Shown here in pieces: positions 15,001 to 20,639 of a stretch of 64,000 bases of DNA; the first letter of the stretch is position 1; the number at the start of each line of letters is the position of its first letter. The DNA is from Rhynchopus sp. YZ270_cl-10 (Eukaryota). A model generated the notes under the pieces. That model was not told the origin of the DNA, searched no databases, and saw only the letters and a list, made by a program, of their open reading frames with translations. Where the stretch lies: assembly GCA_964035575.1 (NCBI GenBank), contig OZ037833.1, positions 806,001-870,000 of the forward strand, in the 5' to 3' direction. Made by a program: the position numbers and the translations under genes.

Positions 15001-18000
15001 TCATGCGATGCTGCAACAAGATCTGAACGAGTCTCGCTGTCTGCTTCAGAAGCAGGCTGTGCTGTGTGCTCCGCAAGCGTTGCGTTCGTCACGTCTGCAG
15101 TGTCTGTTGTCTGAAGCTGCTGCAACACAGTGGTCTCTGCACCCTGAAGACTCACACTGCTGGTGGATGTCTGCGGCAGCAACAAGGAAGAGTCGGCTTC
15201 GTGTTCAGGAGTCACAACAGCAGGTGTGTCGCTCGAGGTGGGCACGTGTTCGGGTGTGCCTTCTAAAGAAGCACCATCAGCAGGCTGTGCGGTGGTGTGC
15301 TCTGCAGACACAAGGCTTGTTGCGGACTGCGAAGGCAAAACGTCAGTTGTCTCGTCGGTGTTGTCAGAACGTGGCTTCTCAGCAGCTGTGCTGTCAGGTG
15401 AGAGAGCATGTTCGTGGTGCACTGCCACAAGCTCTGAGCGAGTCTCGCCGTCCATTTCAGCAGCAGGCTGTGCAGTGCTGTGCTCCGCAGCAACAAGGCT
15501 TGTGACGTCCTCCTGTCCTCCTGACACACAGCTGTCTGCATCATCTGCCACAGGGTGTTCCTGTACTGTGCGTGAGGTACTTACCTTGCCAGCAAGACTC
15601 ACTCCTGTTCCATGCTGTGGTGAATGTGCCACAGACTCAGTTGCTTCCAACACAGTGGCAACAGCAGGCTGTGCAGTGTTGTGCTCCGCAGTGACGAGGC
15701 TTGTTGCAGGTTGCGAAGGCACATCATCAGCTGTGCTGTCAGGGAACACAGCATGTTCATGTGATGCTGCAACAAGATCTGAACGAGAGGCACTGTCTGC
15801 TTCAGAAGCAGGCTGTGCTGTGCTGTGTTCCGCAACAAGTCTTTCCCCCACATCCTCTTCTTGTACTCCGGACACACCGTTGGGAAGGCTTGCTACTTCT
15901 GGGACACGTGGCTCAGCATCTCCGTCTACACTACGGCCGGCCCCTTCCGTGTCAGCAACATGCGAGGTGCTGTGCTCAGTGGCAACAAGCTGTGTGGAGA
16001 CACCCGACACTGCTAGCTCAGGAGCACCGTGGGGAACTGGGTGCGCTCCTTCTGGTCCAGGAGGGACGTCTGACACAGTTGCCACAAGGTGAGGTGCTGT
16101 GTCAACAGCTGCAGAAGGTGCACCACCGCCACTAGGGCTGGCACAACCTTCCAAGGTACGGAGTACATGCGACGGCGGGCTGACGTACCCGACGAGATCA
16201 GGAGAGAATTCCTGTCCAGACATCTCATCGGTGTCAGCTTCGTAGGCATCCCCCGTTTGCGACGACAAGAACGCAGCCAGTTCGGTGAGGTTCACTTTAC
16301 GTTGCAGGGTGGACACACTCTCGAAAAGCACAGGCGACTCCTGCTGCAGACGCACACGTGTCGTTTCGGACTCTGTCAGCAACATTGTTTGCGGTGTTTT
16401 CTTAGTCGTGAATGCATCATTCACAGATGAAAACCGCTGTCTCGCCACTATCTCTGCATCGTGAGCCATCGTCAGCAAAGCATCTACATCAGTACTAGGC
16501 TCTGCTGCTGTGTACGCAGTTGCAAGAAGGCTTGTCGCAGGTGATGGAGTGACAAGAGGCTCCGACACACTCATGTCTGCACTCTCGTTTAGTGTTCTCC
16601 TCACAGGAGTCTGTACAGAGGTGTCAGAAGGTGTCAGTGGTGCTGCAGCCTTTGGTTGCATGGGTGGTACATCAGCAGTGCTGCCAGGAGACACAGCATG
16701 CTCGTGGTGTGCAGAGGAGGCACCGTCTGCTTCAGCAGCAGGCTGTGCAGTGCTGTGCTCTGCAGCAACAAGGTTTGTGACGTCCTCCTGTCCTCCTGAC
16801 ACACAGCTGTCTGCATCATCCACATGCTCTGCAGGTCTGTGCTCAGAAGGCGTGCTCTGGGACCCTTCTGTTCCTTCAATAAGCGGCTGAAGTTGTTGCA
16901 CCACAGTCGTCTCTGCACCTTCAAGACTCACTGCAGCACTGTCCAGTACGTTTGTTGTGGACTCAGTTGCTTCCAACACAGTGGCATCAGCAGGCTGTGC
17001 AGTGTTGTGCTCAACTGACTCAAGGCTTGTTGCGGGTTGCGGAGGCACATCATCAGCTGTGCTGTCAGGGAACACAGCATGTTCATGCGATGCTGCAACA
17101 AGATCTGAACGAGTCTCGCTGTCTGCTTCAGAAGCAGGCTGTGCTGTGTGCTCTGCAAGCGTTGCGTTCGTCACGTCTGCAGTGTCTGTTGTCTGAAGCT
17201 GCTGCAACACAGTTGTCTCTGCACCCTGAAGACTCACACTGCTGGTGGATGTCTGCGGCAGCAACAAGGAAGAGTCGGCTTCGTGTTCAGGAGTCACAAC
17301 AGCAGGTGTGTCGCTCGAGGTGGGCACGTGTTCGGGTGTGCCTTCCACGGAAGCACCATCAGCAGGCTGTGCAGTGGTGTGCTCCGCAGCCACAAGGCTT
17401 GTTGCAGTTGTCTCGTCAGCGTTGTCGGAACGTGGTGTCTCAGCAGCAGTGCTGCCTGGGGACACAGCATGCTCGTGGTGTGCAGAGCAGGCACCGTCTG
17501 CTTCAGCAGCAGGCTGTGCAGTGCTGTGCTCCGCAGCAACAAGGTTTGTGACGTCCTCCTGTCCTCCTGACACACAGCTGTCTGCACCATCCACATGCTC
17601 TGCAGGTCTGTGCTCAGAAGGCGTGCTCTGGGACCCTTCTGTTTCACGGTCTGTTGTCTGAAGCTGCTGCAACACAGTGGTCTCTGCACCCTGAAGACTC
17701 ACACTGCTGGTGGATGTCTGCGGCAGCAACAAGGAAGAGTCAGCTTCGTGTTCAGGAGTCACAACAGCAGGTGTGTCGCTCGAGGTGGGCACGTGTTCGG
17801 GTGTGCCTTCTAAAGAGGCCACATCATCAGCAGGCTGTGCGGTGGTGTGTTCTGCAGACGCAAGGCTTGTGGAAGACTCTTGCAAAACATCAGTGGTCTC
17901 GCCAGCGTTGTCGGAACGCGTAGGAAACATGTCAGAAAGTGTATCATCTTCCTCTGGTGTTTGCTGTTCCGGTATGTCTGTCCCACATGGATGCAAACTG

Positions 18001-19307
18001 CGCCACTCACAACCCTGCAAGGACTGCTGCACTGTCTGCATGCCAGCGTCTGCACAATCTATGTGCACGACCTCACGCGACGCTTCCTTTAACACACACA
18101 GCTCATGCTGCAGCACATCCCGCTCTGCTTCAAGACGTGCACAGCTCTCGTAGGCTTGCAGAAGGGCTGGTTGCGATGCGCCTCCAGGTGCACACACGTC
18201 GCCACTCACACGCACCTGCAGATCCTCAAGCAGTCTGTCCCTGATGTGTGTGCTGTCCTCAGACCTGGCAGCATCTAATGCGTGTGCAAAGCTGCTCCGC
18301 TCGTCCATAAGAGCAGCGCAGTGTGCCTCCAGCTCTGCCATGCGTGTCTTCATGTCGTCACTGTGGTCCACAACGTTCTCCGCTTCGATGCCATTTACCA
18401 CACTGCGCAGCTCAGCCTCCAACACCTCTGCACGCTGTGCCTGCTCTGCAGCCTCCTGGCGTGCGTCGTGCACAGCCTGCCGCAGGGCCTCCAGCTCGCT
18501 GTCCACTTCATCGCCTGCATACGACTCGCGAGGGGAGTGACTGCGCCAGGCAAGACCCTCCAGGTGCAGGGGCGGCACTGCAGATGCGTCACGGCTGACT
18601 GAGCGGGGTGTCAATACCTGAGCAGATTCATCTTCACGCCGCCTCACACACTGCACACATTCCACACCAGCATCTGACCCGTCTAACGACCCCTCACACA
18701 CATCATCACCCTCAACACACTCAACGGGACGCTGCCACGCCCAGGCAACACCGAACAAAGATAGGGAACCTGCCGCTGTTCCTGCATCAACCATCTTGGG
18801 ACGGGGGTGCACTACGTCTCTGTATCTGTGCACACTAGGCACATTCGATACATCAACAGAACTTGGAACGACCGGATGCTCATGGTTGTCCATGAGTGCC
18901 GCAGCCTCACCGAGGTAACGTGCGTCACGCTCTAGTTGCCCTGCCGCCTCTAGGTTGCTGCGCGACATGCGTTCACGCAGGCCGTGCACATCCGCCTCCT
19001 GGGCCAGCATTACACCTTCGATGCTGCGTAGACTGTCGTCGATTGCGTCTCGAAGGGTACCACCACCACCACCACCACCACCTGGCACATAGCCATGCTG
19101 CTGCTCGTGATACGCCCTGTAGTCGCCCCTCACGTCCTGCGTGGAGTATCCGTAGTGGTCATGATGTGTTCGGTGTTGGGGCACAGCTTCTGTGTACGGT
19201 GCATAGTGCGGCCGTGGCTGTGCCTGGTGTGGAGGCGGCTCTGCATGCCCCGGTGTCCCTGCGCGCAGCTGAGCTAGCCTCCCGGCACGCTGTTCGCGCC
19301 ACGCCAT
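3..19307 (-). CDS. Giant repetitive protein, at least 6435 aa, 3'-partial (continues past the window start); acidic Ser/Thr/Ala/Glu-rich mosaic repeats plus coiled-coil blocks
   Basis: ATG at 19307 (MAWREQRAGRLAQLRAG...) follows an in-frame TGA at 19323-19325. No stop was found in the stretches I translated (3-220, 1473-1712, 18600-19307 and several repeat units). The track lists no minus-strand ORF in this frame anywhere in 1-19.3 kb, as expected if it never meets a stop. All 12 copies of the main module are in the same phase. Translation is protein-like: LVSAEHSTAQPADGASLEGTPEHVPTSSDAPAVVTPEHEADSSLLLPQTSTSSVSLQGAETTVLQQLQT. Confidence 0.88.
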   Translation of the reverse strand, partial: MAWREQRAGRLAQLRAGTPGHAEPPPHQAQPRPHYAPYTEAVPQHRTHHDHYGYSTQDVRGDYRAYHEQQHGYVPGGGGGGGGTLRDAIDDSLRSIEGVMLAQEADVHGLRERMSRSNLEAAGQLERDARYLGEAAALMDNHEHPVVPSSVDVSNVPSVHRYRDVVHPRPKMVDAGTAAGSLSLFGVAWAWQRPVECVEGDDVCEGSLDGSDAGVECVQCVRRREDESAQVLTPRSVSRDASAVPPLHLEGLAWRSHSPRESYAGDEVDSELEALRQAVHDARQEAAEQAQRAEVLEAELRSVVNGIEAENVVDHSDDMKTRMAELEAHCAALMDERSSFAHALDAARSEDSTHIRDRLLEDLQVRVSGDVCAPGGASQPALLQAYESCARLEAERDVLQHELCVLKEASREVVHIDCADAGMQTVQQSLQGCEWRSLHPCGTDIPEQQTPEEDDTLSDMFPTRSDNAGETTDVLQESSTSLASAEHTTAQPADDVASLEGTPEHVPTSSDTPAVVTPEHEADSSLLLPQTSTSSVSLQGAETTVLQQLQTTDRETEGSQSTPSEHRPAEHVDGADSCVSGGQEDVTNLVAAEHSTAQPAAEADGACSAHHEHAVSPGSTAAETPRSDNADETTATSLVAAEHTTAQPADGASVEGTPEHVPTSSDTPAVVTPEHEADSSLLLPQTSTSSVSLQGAETTVLQQLQTTDTADVTNATLAEHTAQPASEADSETRSDLVAASHEHAVFPDSTADDVPPQPATSLESVEHNTAQPADATVLEATESTTNVLDSAAVSLEGAETTVVQQLQPLIEGTEGSQSTPSEHRPAEHVDDADSCVSGGQEDVTNLVAAEHSTAQPAAEADGASSAHHEHAVSPGSTADVPPMQPKAAAPLTPSDTSVQTPVRRTLNESADMSVSEPLVTPSPATSLLATAYTAAEPSTDVDALLTMAHDAEIVARQRFSSVNDAFTTKKTPQTMLLTESETTRVRLQQESPVLFESVSTLQRKVNLTELAAFLSSQTGDAYEADTDEMSGQEFSPDLVGYVSPPSHVLRTLEGCASPSGGGAPSAAVDTAPHLVATVSDVPPGPEGAHPVPHGAPELAVSGVSTQLVATEHSTSHVADTEGAGRSVDGDAEPRVPEVASLPNGVSGVQEEDVGERLVAEHSTAQPASEADSASRSDLVAASHEHAVFPDSTADDVPSQPATSLVTAEHNTAQPAVATVLEATESVAHSPQHGTGVSLAGKVSTSRTVQEHPVADDADSCVSGGQEDVTSLVAAEHSTAQPAAEMDGETRSELVAVHHEHALSPDSTAAEKPRSDNTDETTDVLPSQSATSLVSAEHTTAQPADGASLEGTPEHVPTSSDTPAVVTPEHEADSSLLLPQTSTSSVSLQGAETTVLQQLQTTDTADVTNATLAEHTAQPASEADSETRSDLVAASHEHAVFPDSTADDVPPQPATSLESVEHNTAQPADATVLEATESTTNVLDGAAVSLEGASSAHHEHAVSPGTAPSQPASTIESEHNAVTCAPFAENVTLDSATEERLIREAYNDVEVQCSVCTVDMGVQTDVFAEYQVHPFFDPLTVGDGVGVGVVHANVPAFEDVALPQHRVAVSVHDDVVPAMHDDPTTEEVATTAVSPSTDVYGTVSDVPHTKPPDEPGSDHKDEPAGHDTAAATSGDALSTLVSNADATVLEATESTASVPAGAAVSLEGVVNVLQQVQTTVDDADVTSTISEHRPAEHATSLVSAEHSTAQPADGASLEGTPEHVPTSSDAPAVVTPEHEADSSLLLPQTSTSSVSLQGAETTVLQQLQTTDTADVTNATLAEHTAQPASEADSETRSDLVSASHEHAVFPDSTADDVPSQPATSLESVEHNTAQPADATVLEATESVANSPQHGTGVSLAGKVSASHTVQEHPVADDADSCVSGGQEDVTSLVAAEHSSAQLAAEMDGDTRSELVAVHHEHALSPGSTTAEKPRSDNTDGTTDVLPSQSATSLVSAEHTTAQPADATVLEATESTASVPAGAAVSLEGVVNVLQQVQTTVDDADVTSTISEHRPAEHATSLVSAEHSTAQPADGASLEGTPEHVPTSSDTPAVVTPEHEADSSLLLPQTSTSSVSLQGAETTVLQKLQTDTADVTNATLAEHTAQPASEADSETRSDLVSASHEHAVFPDSTADDVPPQPATSLESVEHNTAQLADATVLEATESTTNTAQDDTTVSLAGQELAIASPMSPGAVAELTEAAAHLQQGVVAATTPHVVDVGSAGERDTQDDSGHSAPAYLHSHVSDDAEESPHMWHDACTMTETTAAPLLFESTAALCSPEQRGSAVVLRVHECTLVGDNEGDVAVLPLQDTATATPTHRDTADDHADDVCTHLEEEEEGASVAEHNVGVDSSEVVLHSAVESVPSQQEASLVTAEHNTAHPADATVLEATESTTNVLDSAAVSLEGAETTVVQQLQPLIEGTEGSQSTPSEHRPAEHVDDADSCVSGGQEDVTSLVAAEHGSAQPAAEADGASSAHHEHAVSPGSTTAEKPRSDNADEEATDVLQQESATSLVSAEHSTAQPADGASLEGTPQHVPTSSDTPAVVTPEHEEPADSSLLLPQTSTSSVSLQGAETTVLQQLQTTDTADVTNATLAEHTAQPASEADSETRSELVAASHEHAVFPDSTADDVPSQPATNLESVEHNTAQPADSTVLEATESTTNVLDGAAVSLEGAETTVVQQLQPLIEGTEVTQSTPSEHRPAEHVDDADSCVSGGQEDVTSLVAAEHSTAQPAAEMDGDARSELDEHALSPDSTTLQPASEAASCSRPELSDSLPVLPFSENVDETTEVLPSQPAPSLVSAEHNTSQPADATVPEVSVEGRSVTQDGNGMDLVGAETTVSQQLQTTVADERSEHVTHEPDTSVVNGEDDTLTVHTTEPVDLAVHEFESLQEGEDLARGSQAEDGDEPHSRTSREGCLHTSHDCPVLLGHAHASSVPQDADTLLQCVLDLVRSGHVSPEALSLIREATFVATSPPTFATSPSTPAAVVYDRDVSPGATEGLEGAVAQVNAVVATGTSITVNEDRTTSLPASEDGALQGIRTPEQVSAQDGTSLVSAEYSTAQPADGASLEGTPEHVPTSCDAPAVVTPEHEADSSLLLPQTSTSSVSLQGAETTVLQQLQTTVDGDDVTSITSEHRPAEHSTSLESVEHGTAQPAAEMDGETRSELVAVHHEHALSPDSTAAEKPRSDNTDETTDVLPSQSATSLVSAEHTTAQPADGASVEGTPEHVPTSSDTPAVVTPEHEADSSLLLPQTSTSSVSLQGAETTVLQQLQTTDTADVTNATLAEHTAQPASEADSETRSELVAASHEHAVFPDSTADDVPSQPATSLESVEHNTAQPADATVLEATESTTNVLDSAAVSLEGAETTVVQQLQPLIEGTEVTQSTPSEHRPAEHVDDADSCVSGGQEDVTSLVAAEHGSAQPAAEADGASSAHHEHAVSPGSPAAETPRSDNASQTGHGSPPLAATILASAEHTTAHPADGVALEGTPQREPSVATPIATSVRGDYSPFLLPQTDTRAQGAGTVLQRSEEIRASRVSPEHLLEGTLHAGLPADVGVEGSEDDRSFLLSETADVEYLQSLVADAPEKLTTHERTHVVAQGMDSSGVWKGSVEERLAWLESQFRRQHTQDPQSEDDYNASMSAIRNYLEGPETLLLGREWSHTRPLSVEDMAVVILRVGAAPPKGEVPVLLSQEEWLGTLRTKLVSAEHSTAQPADEVDSETRSDLVAASHEHAVSPDSTADDVPLQAGLGSVEHNTAQPADATVLEATESTANALDGAAVSLAGQELVVSQSVGLESVEHKSVTFAEHTTAQPADGASLEGTPQHVPTSSDTPAVVTPEHEADSSLLLPQTSTSSVSLQGAETTVLQQLQTTVDGVDVTSTISEHRPAEHSTIFESVEHNTAQPAEPDSASRSELVAASHEHAVSPGTTEKPRSDTVDETTEVLPSQPAPSLVSAEHTTSQPADATVPEVSVEGRSVTQDGNGMELVGAETTVSQLQTTVADARSEHILSGTHARDTSVVKGEDDTLTKDDDASVLHVTRFVGHSTAQPADTDSLPPVSREYVPSPPSAAVLPSQPATLLMGVEHSSAQPAATGYSPVLEVSAAEQPTDIRGEDARLTATLSTVVLYSRQRQWNRPESRATSNTGVATVSCAVQTDALSSSALVHGNDGVMPTDRSFAMQGKEDAQPAVKSYARSQLAATSHEHAVFPDSTTDDVTLQQEASLESVEHNTTQPADVTVLEATESVANVAQDGTTVSLAGQELVASQSVGLESVEHKSVTFAEHTTAQPADGASLEGTPQHVPTSSDAPAVVTPEHEADSSLLLPQTSTSSVSLQGAETTVLQNPQTTVAGARSELMSETHEPGTSVVNGEDDTPAVQKTEPVERGDLARRSQAEDAEASVLHVTRFVAAEHSTDATLPANATDVLPARTHLVSVEHSTAQPAMEAGTDSPSVLDTLNNVDDCETLLDREWSHTRPLSVEDMAVVILRVGAAPPKGEVPVLLSQGEWLGTLRTKLVSAEHSTAQPADEVDIQYPAELAHEHGLSPDNTTTGAPAPTSLVPVERDTAQPALTLNTSETTMHIPQDNMEYLAAHRNGDAVSSFALSSDTHITGQHDTSSEHDPEVVLTVFEWSWARDLDTTYVPVHDVQELRSTCVRLAGEVDMMHAQLPPADTAAPCTRDVGTQHGTAPTLRATGWEWQHCKSPLPRHHDQTSQQSSADATSAERLREECTELMERTQTVLAMRHEAGVHTMTQTGLTWAGHDTLSVAVQSGASTSVDLVATEWGSKQSHVPYDTQEIEDEMHRLREECYNLVRRVSGTLSASPSPTNTAVRQSPLFGSDFGTATPRSLQSPVQHPPQLVAAAAGDDVSKSDSSFPEHSSAEVMSVAERTDDASLEGTPEHVPTSSDAPAVVTPEHEADSSLLLPQTSTSSVSLQGAETTVSQQLQTTVADERSEHVTHEPDTSVVNGEDDTLTVHKTEPVDLAVHEFESEEPDSANVSTASGDPDAALQEGEDLARGSQDEDGDEPHSRTSREGSLHTSHDCPVLLGHAHASSVPQDADTLLQCVLDLVRSGHVSPEALSLIREATFVATSPQSCASAPAVCLEGGSWRYASPQHAYEGDEVDSELEALRQAVHDARQEAAEQAQRAEVLEAELRSVVQRTGVELKGTTSSQNVPQSPSSVSTGSMWKHVLEERTAEHRQRRREFVASASSTSSDDVAPVPPAGHDTRARSPSESSVSLHGQEVQQQNLRERVFVESTAAQTCCVGEDGTPSLEGDAVLPHLFFEEHASTSPRSRDVGASVFTEEEAVPQPGDAPSVHQGEPEVRRASYDDVALSVHHWESSQPLSRDAVQEDDTLTVHTTEPVDLAVHEFESEEPDSANVSTASGDPDAALQEGEDLARGSQAEDGVPDVRATHLVVMEHSTAQPAGATAGSELVATSYEHAIFADSAATEDDCETLLDREWSHTRPLSVEDMAVVILRVGAAPPKGEVPVLLSQEEWLGTLRTKLVSAEHSTAQPADGASLEGTPEHVPTSSDAPAVVTPEHEADSSLLLPQTSTSSVSLQGAETTVLQQLQTTVDGDDVTSTISEHRPAEHSTHLESVEHTTAQPAEPDSSVSGAQEQEDFVAAEHSTDATLPANATDVLPARTHLVSVEHSTAQPAMEAGTDSPSVLDTLNNVDDCETLLDREWSHTRPLSVEDMAVVILRVGAAPPKGEVPVLLSQEEWLGTLRTKLVSAEHSTAQPADEVDSETRSELVAASHGHALPLQTGLVSVEHSTAQPADGASVEGTPEHVPTSSDTPAVVTPEHEADSITRLVEHSTAQPAGATTGSELVATSHEHAIFADSAATEDDCETLLDREWSHTRPLSVEDMAVVILRVGAAPPKGEVPVLLSQEEWLGTLRTKLVSAEHSTAQPADEVDSISPSELVAVHQESAVFPDSTTAEVPPHDGHDVDQTATVLPLMATSLVATEHTTVQHEQQSAEHTTAQPGVSLEGTPALCAHEWEWSCPVIHDGAGVHAQTVAVRDACTTSMSHTQTDVTHLDVDEEVEVVSLHGQEAQQQNLRQRVDVESTRWHTTAQTDSPLGVLHSVSGTVVQQATGGDVSDESACDDVHTPTPRSVSRDASAVPPLHLEGLAWRSHSPRESYAGDEVDSELEALRQAVHDARQEAAEQAQRAEVLEAELRSVVQRAEVLEAQVWAQDAAAAAPQSELVAQEAMWGRPATVADSTQEESTDTRSLADTPPRPILRGRTWTSSVNDLWCGPKTAYTPLSTPPQREWNQPSPSKEHEPELVIRESLWGRPKCVADLVEEAETSTGNPSFTHDSLSGGPYFPRGEPTLQGRSWASSVNDYWCTTRARTRSSTSIVAHSPPLCDNQESPRLLTPQLTHTAVARQNLALRPL

Positions 19308-19790
19308 TCGGTACCCTCGCTCTCAAAACGTCGTCACACTCTTTCGTTTCGTGCTATTCACACAGCATTGAATATCAGGGGGGGGGGGGGGGGGGGTTTA
19401 CTCCTTTGTGTACCTTTTTTTTGATTGCCCTGGAATGGTTATTGGTTATGCAACGGAGGGAGAGAATACTAAGATAAGTTGACATTAAATACAAAGTCCC
19501 CGCATGACAGTGTACCTTTGGTACATGACCGGCTGTACCGGGGGGTGGAACCTTGCAGTCATCAACCAGATGAACGGGGATCATTGCAAACACAGGGACA
19601 TGAATACTGTGTGATGTAGGGTCCGGTTGGGGTCCTCTGTCCGTTTCGCAGTGTGAGAGATAATATTTCAAAAGTCAAATTTTCATATTTTTTTCCGCAA
19701 CAGAGTCAAAAAAACAAAGTTAAGAATGAACCTAAGCCTCTCATGCAAAAAAATACGATTGTCTAAAAGCTGTATTTCCCGAACGCCTTA

Positions 19791-20123
19791 CATGGTTGTA
19801 CAAAGTACTCGAAGAGTATCGAGTACTCGAAAACGAGAAAAAAAGGCCACTCGACACTCGAGTACTCGCCCGACCCATATTTTTTTTCTCTTCAATTTAC
19901 TCGTTCTGGCACTCGAGTACTCGAACGAGTGGGAAAAAGTGGGAAAAAAAACAGTACTCGGCCGAGTACTCGAGACTTTTTCCCACTCGTTCGAGTACTC
20001 GAGTGCCAGAACGAGTAATTGAAGAGAAAAAAAATATGGGTCGGGCGAGTACTCGAGTGTCGAGTGGCCTTTTTTTTTCGTTTTCGAGTACTCGATACTC
20101 TTCGAGTACTTTGTACAACCATG
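19791..20123. mobile_element. 333-bp foldback MITE, CATGG...CCATG termini, 6-bp TSD GCCTTA
   Basis: Near-perfect palindrome CATGGTTGTACAAAGTACTCG...CGAGTACTTTGTACAACCATG, flanked by GCCTTA at 19785-19790 and 20124-20129, with many internal GAGTACTC motifs. Confidence 0.9.
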
Positions 20124-20239
20124 GCCTTAACAGGCGGGACAAAAAAACATTTGACACACAAAAAATCCCGGAAGGGCTATTTTGCATGCATTTCCTCCCC
20201 TTCTCCCTCCACCCCCATCCCCCACACTCTCCTGCCTGC

Positions 20240-20411
20240 ACCCTACTGCATAAGCTTCATTGCCACATCTCCCCCCCCTCACTCCATCCTATTCCACTGT
20301 CACATCAGTCCCCCTCACTCTCATTGTAGCTAGATGAACCTGACACACTTACGGTATCGGGTGACGCTGGCGGTGACCCGCTGGCCTGCGGTGGTGTATC
20401 CTTCCCAGCAC
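20240..20411 (-). pseudogene. Duplicated fragment of the 3' end (last ~35 codons plus downstream flank) of the 25952-28132 gene
   Basis: About 20305-20411 is nearly identical to 25952-26058. The flank caccctactgYataagcttcattgcca occurs at both ~20240 and ~20415. Confidence 0.75.
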
Positions 20412-20639
20412 GTGCACCCTACTGTATAAGCTTCATTGCCATTTAATCTCCCCCCCCCCCCTAGGGGATACGACTCCAGCCATTTTGGGTGGGACCAAAC
20501 GCACGGAAAATTCATTTGGCATTATCTGGCCATCTCCAAGGCAACTGCGGGTGAAAAACACCCTCAGAGTGGGTCACAGGGGGCCTGTGGGTCGAAAAAC
20601 GACCCAGAAGCCACCCCAGAATACAAAAAAATGGAAAAA

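Noticed and set aside
862..18540. Plus-strand frame broken mostly by TGA, suggesting stop-codon reassignment or selenocysteine
   Set aside because: The TGAs are explained by the antisense of the real minus-strand ORF, and other genes here (KAP copies, LIG1) end normally in TGA.
157..19477. The many short Cys/Ser/Gln-rich ORFs listed on both strands
   Set aside because: They are antisense or off-frame shadows of the single giant minus-strand ORF.
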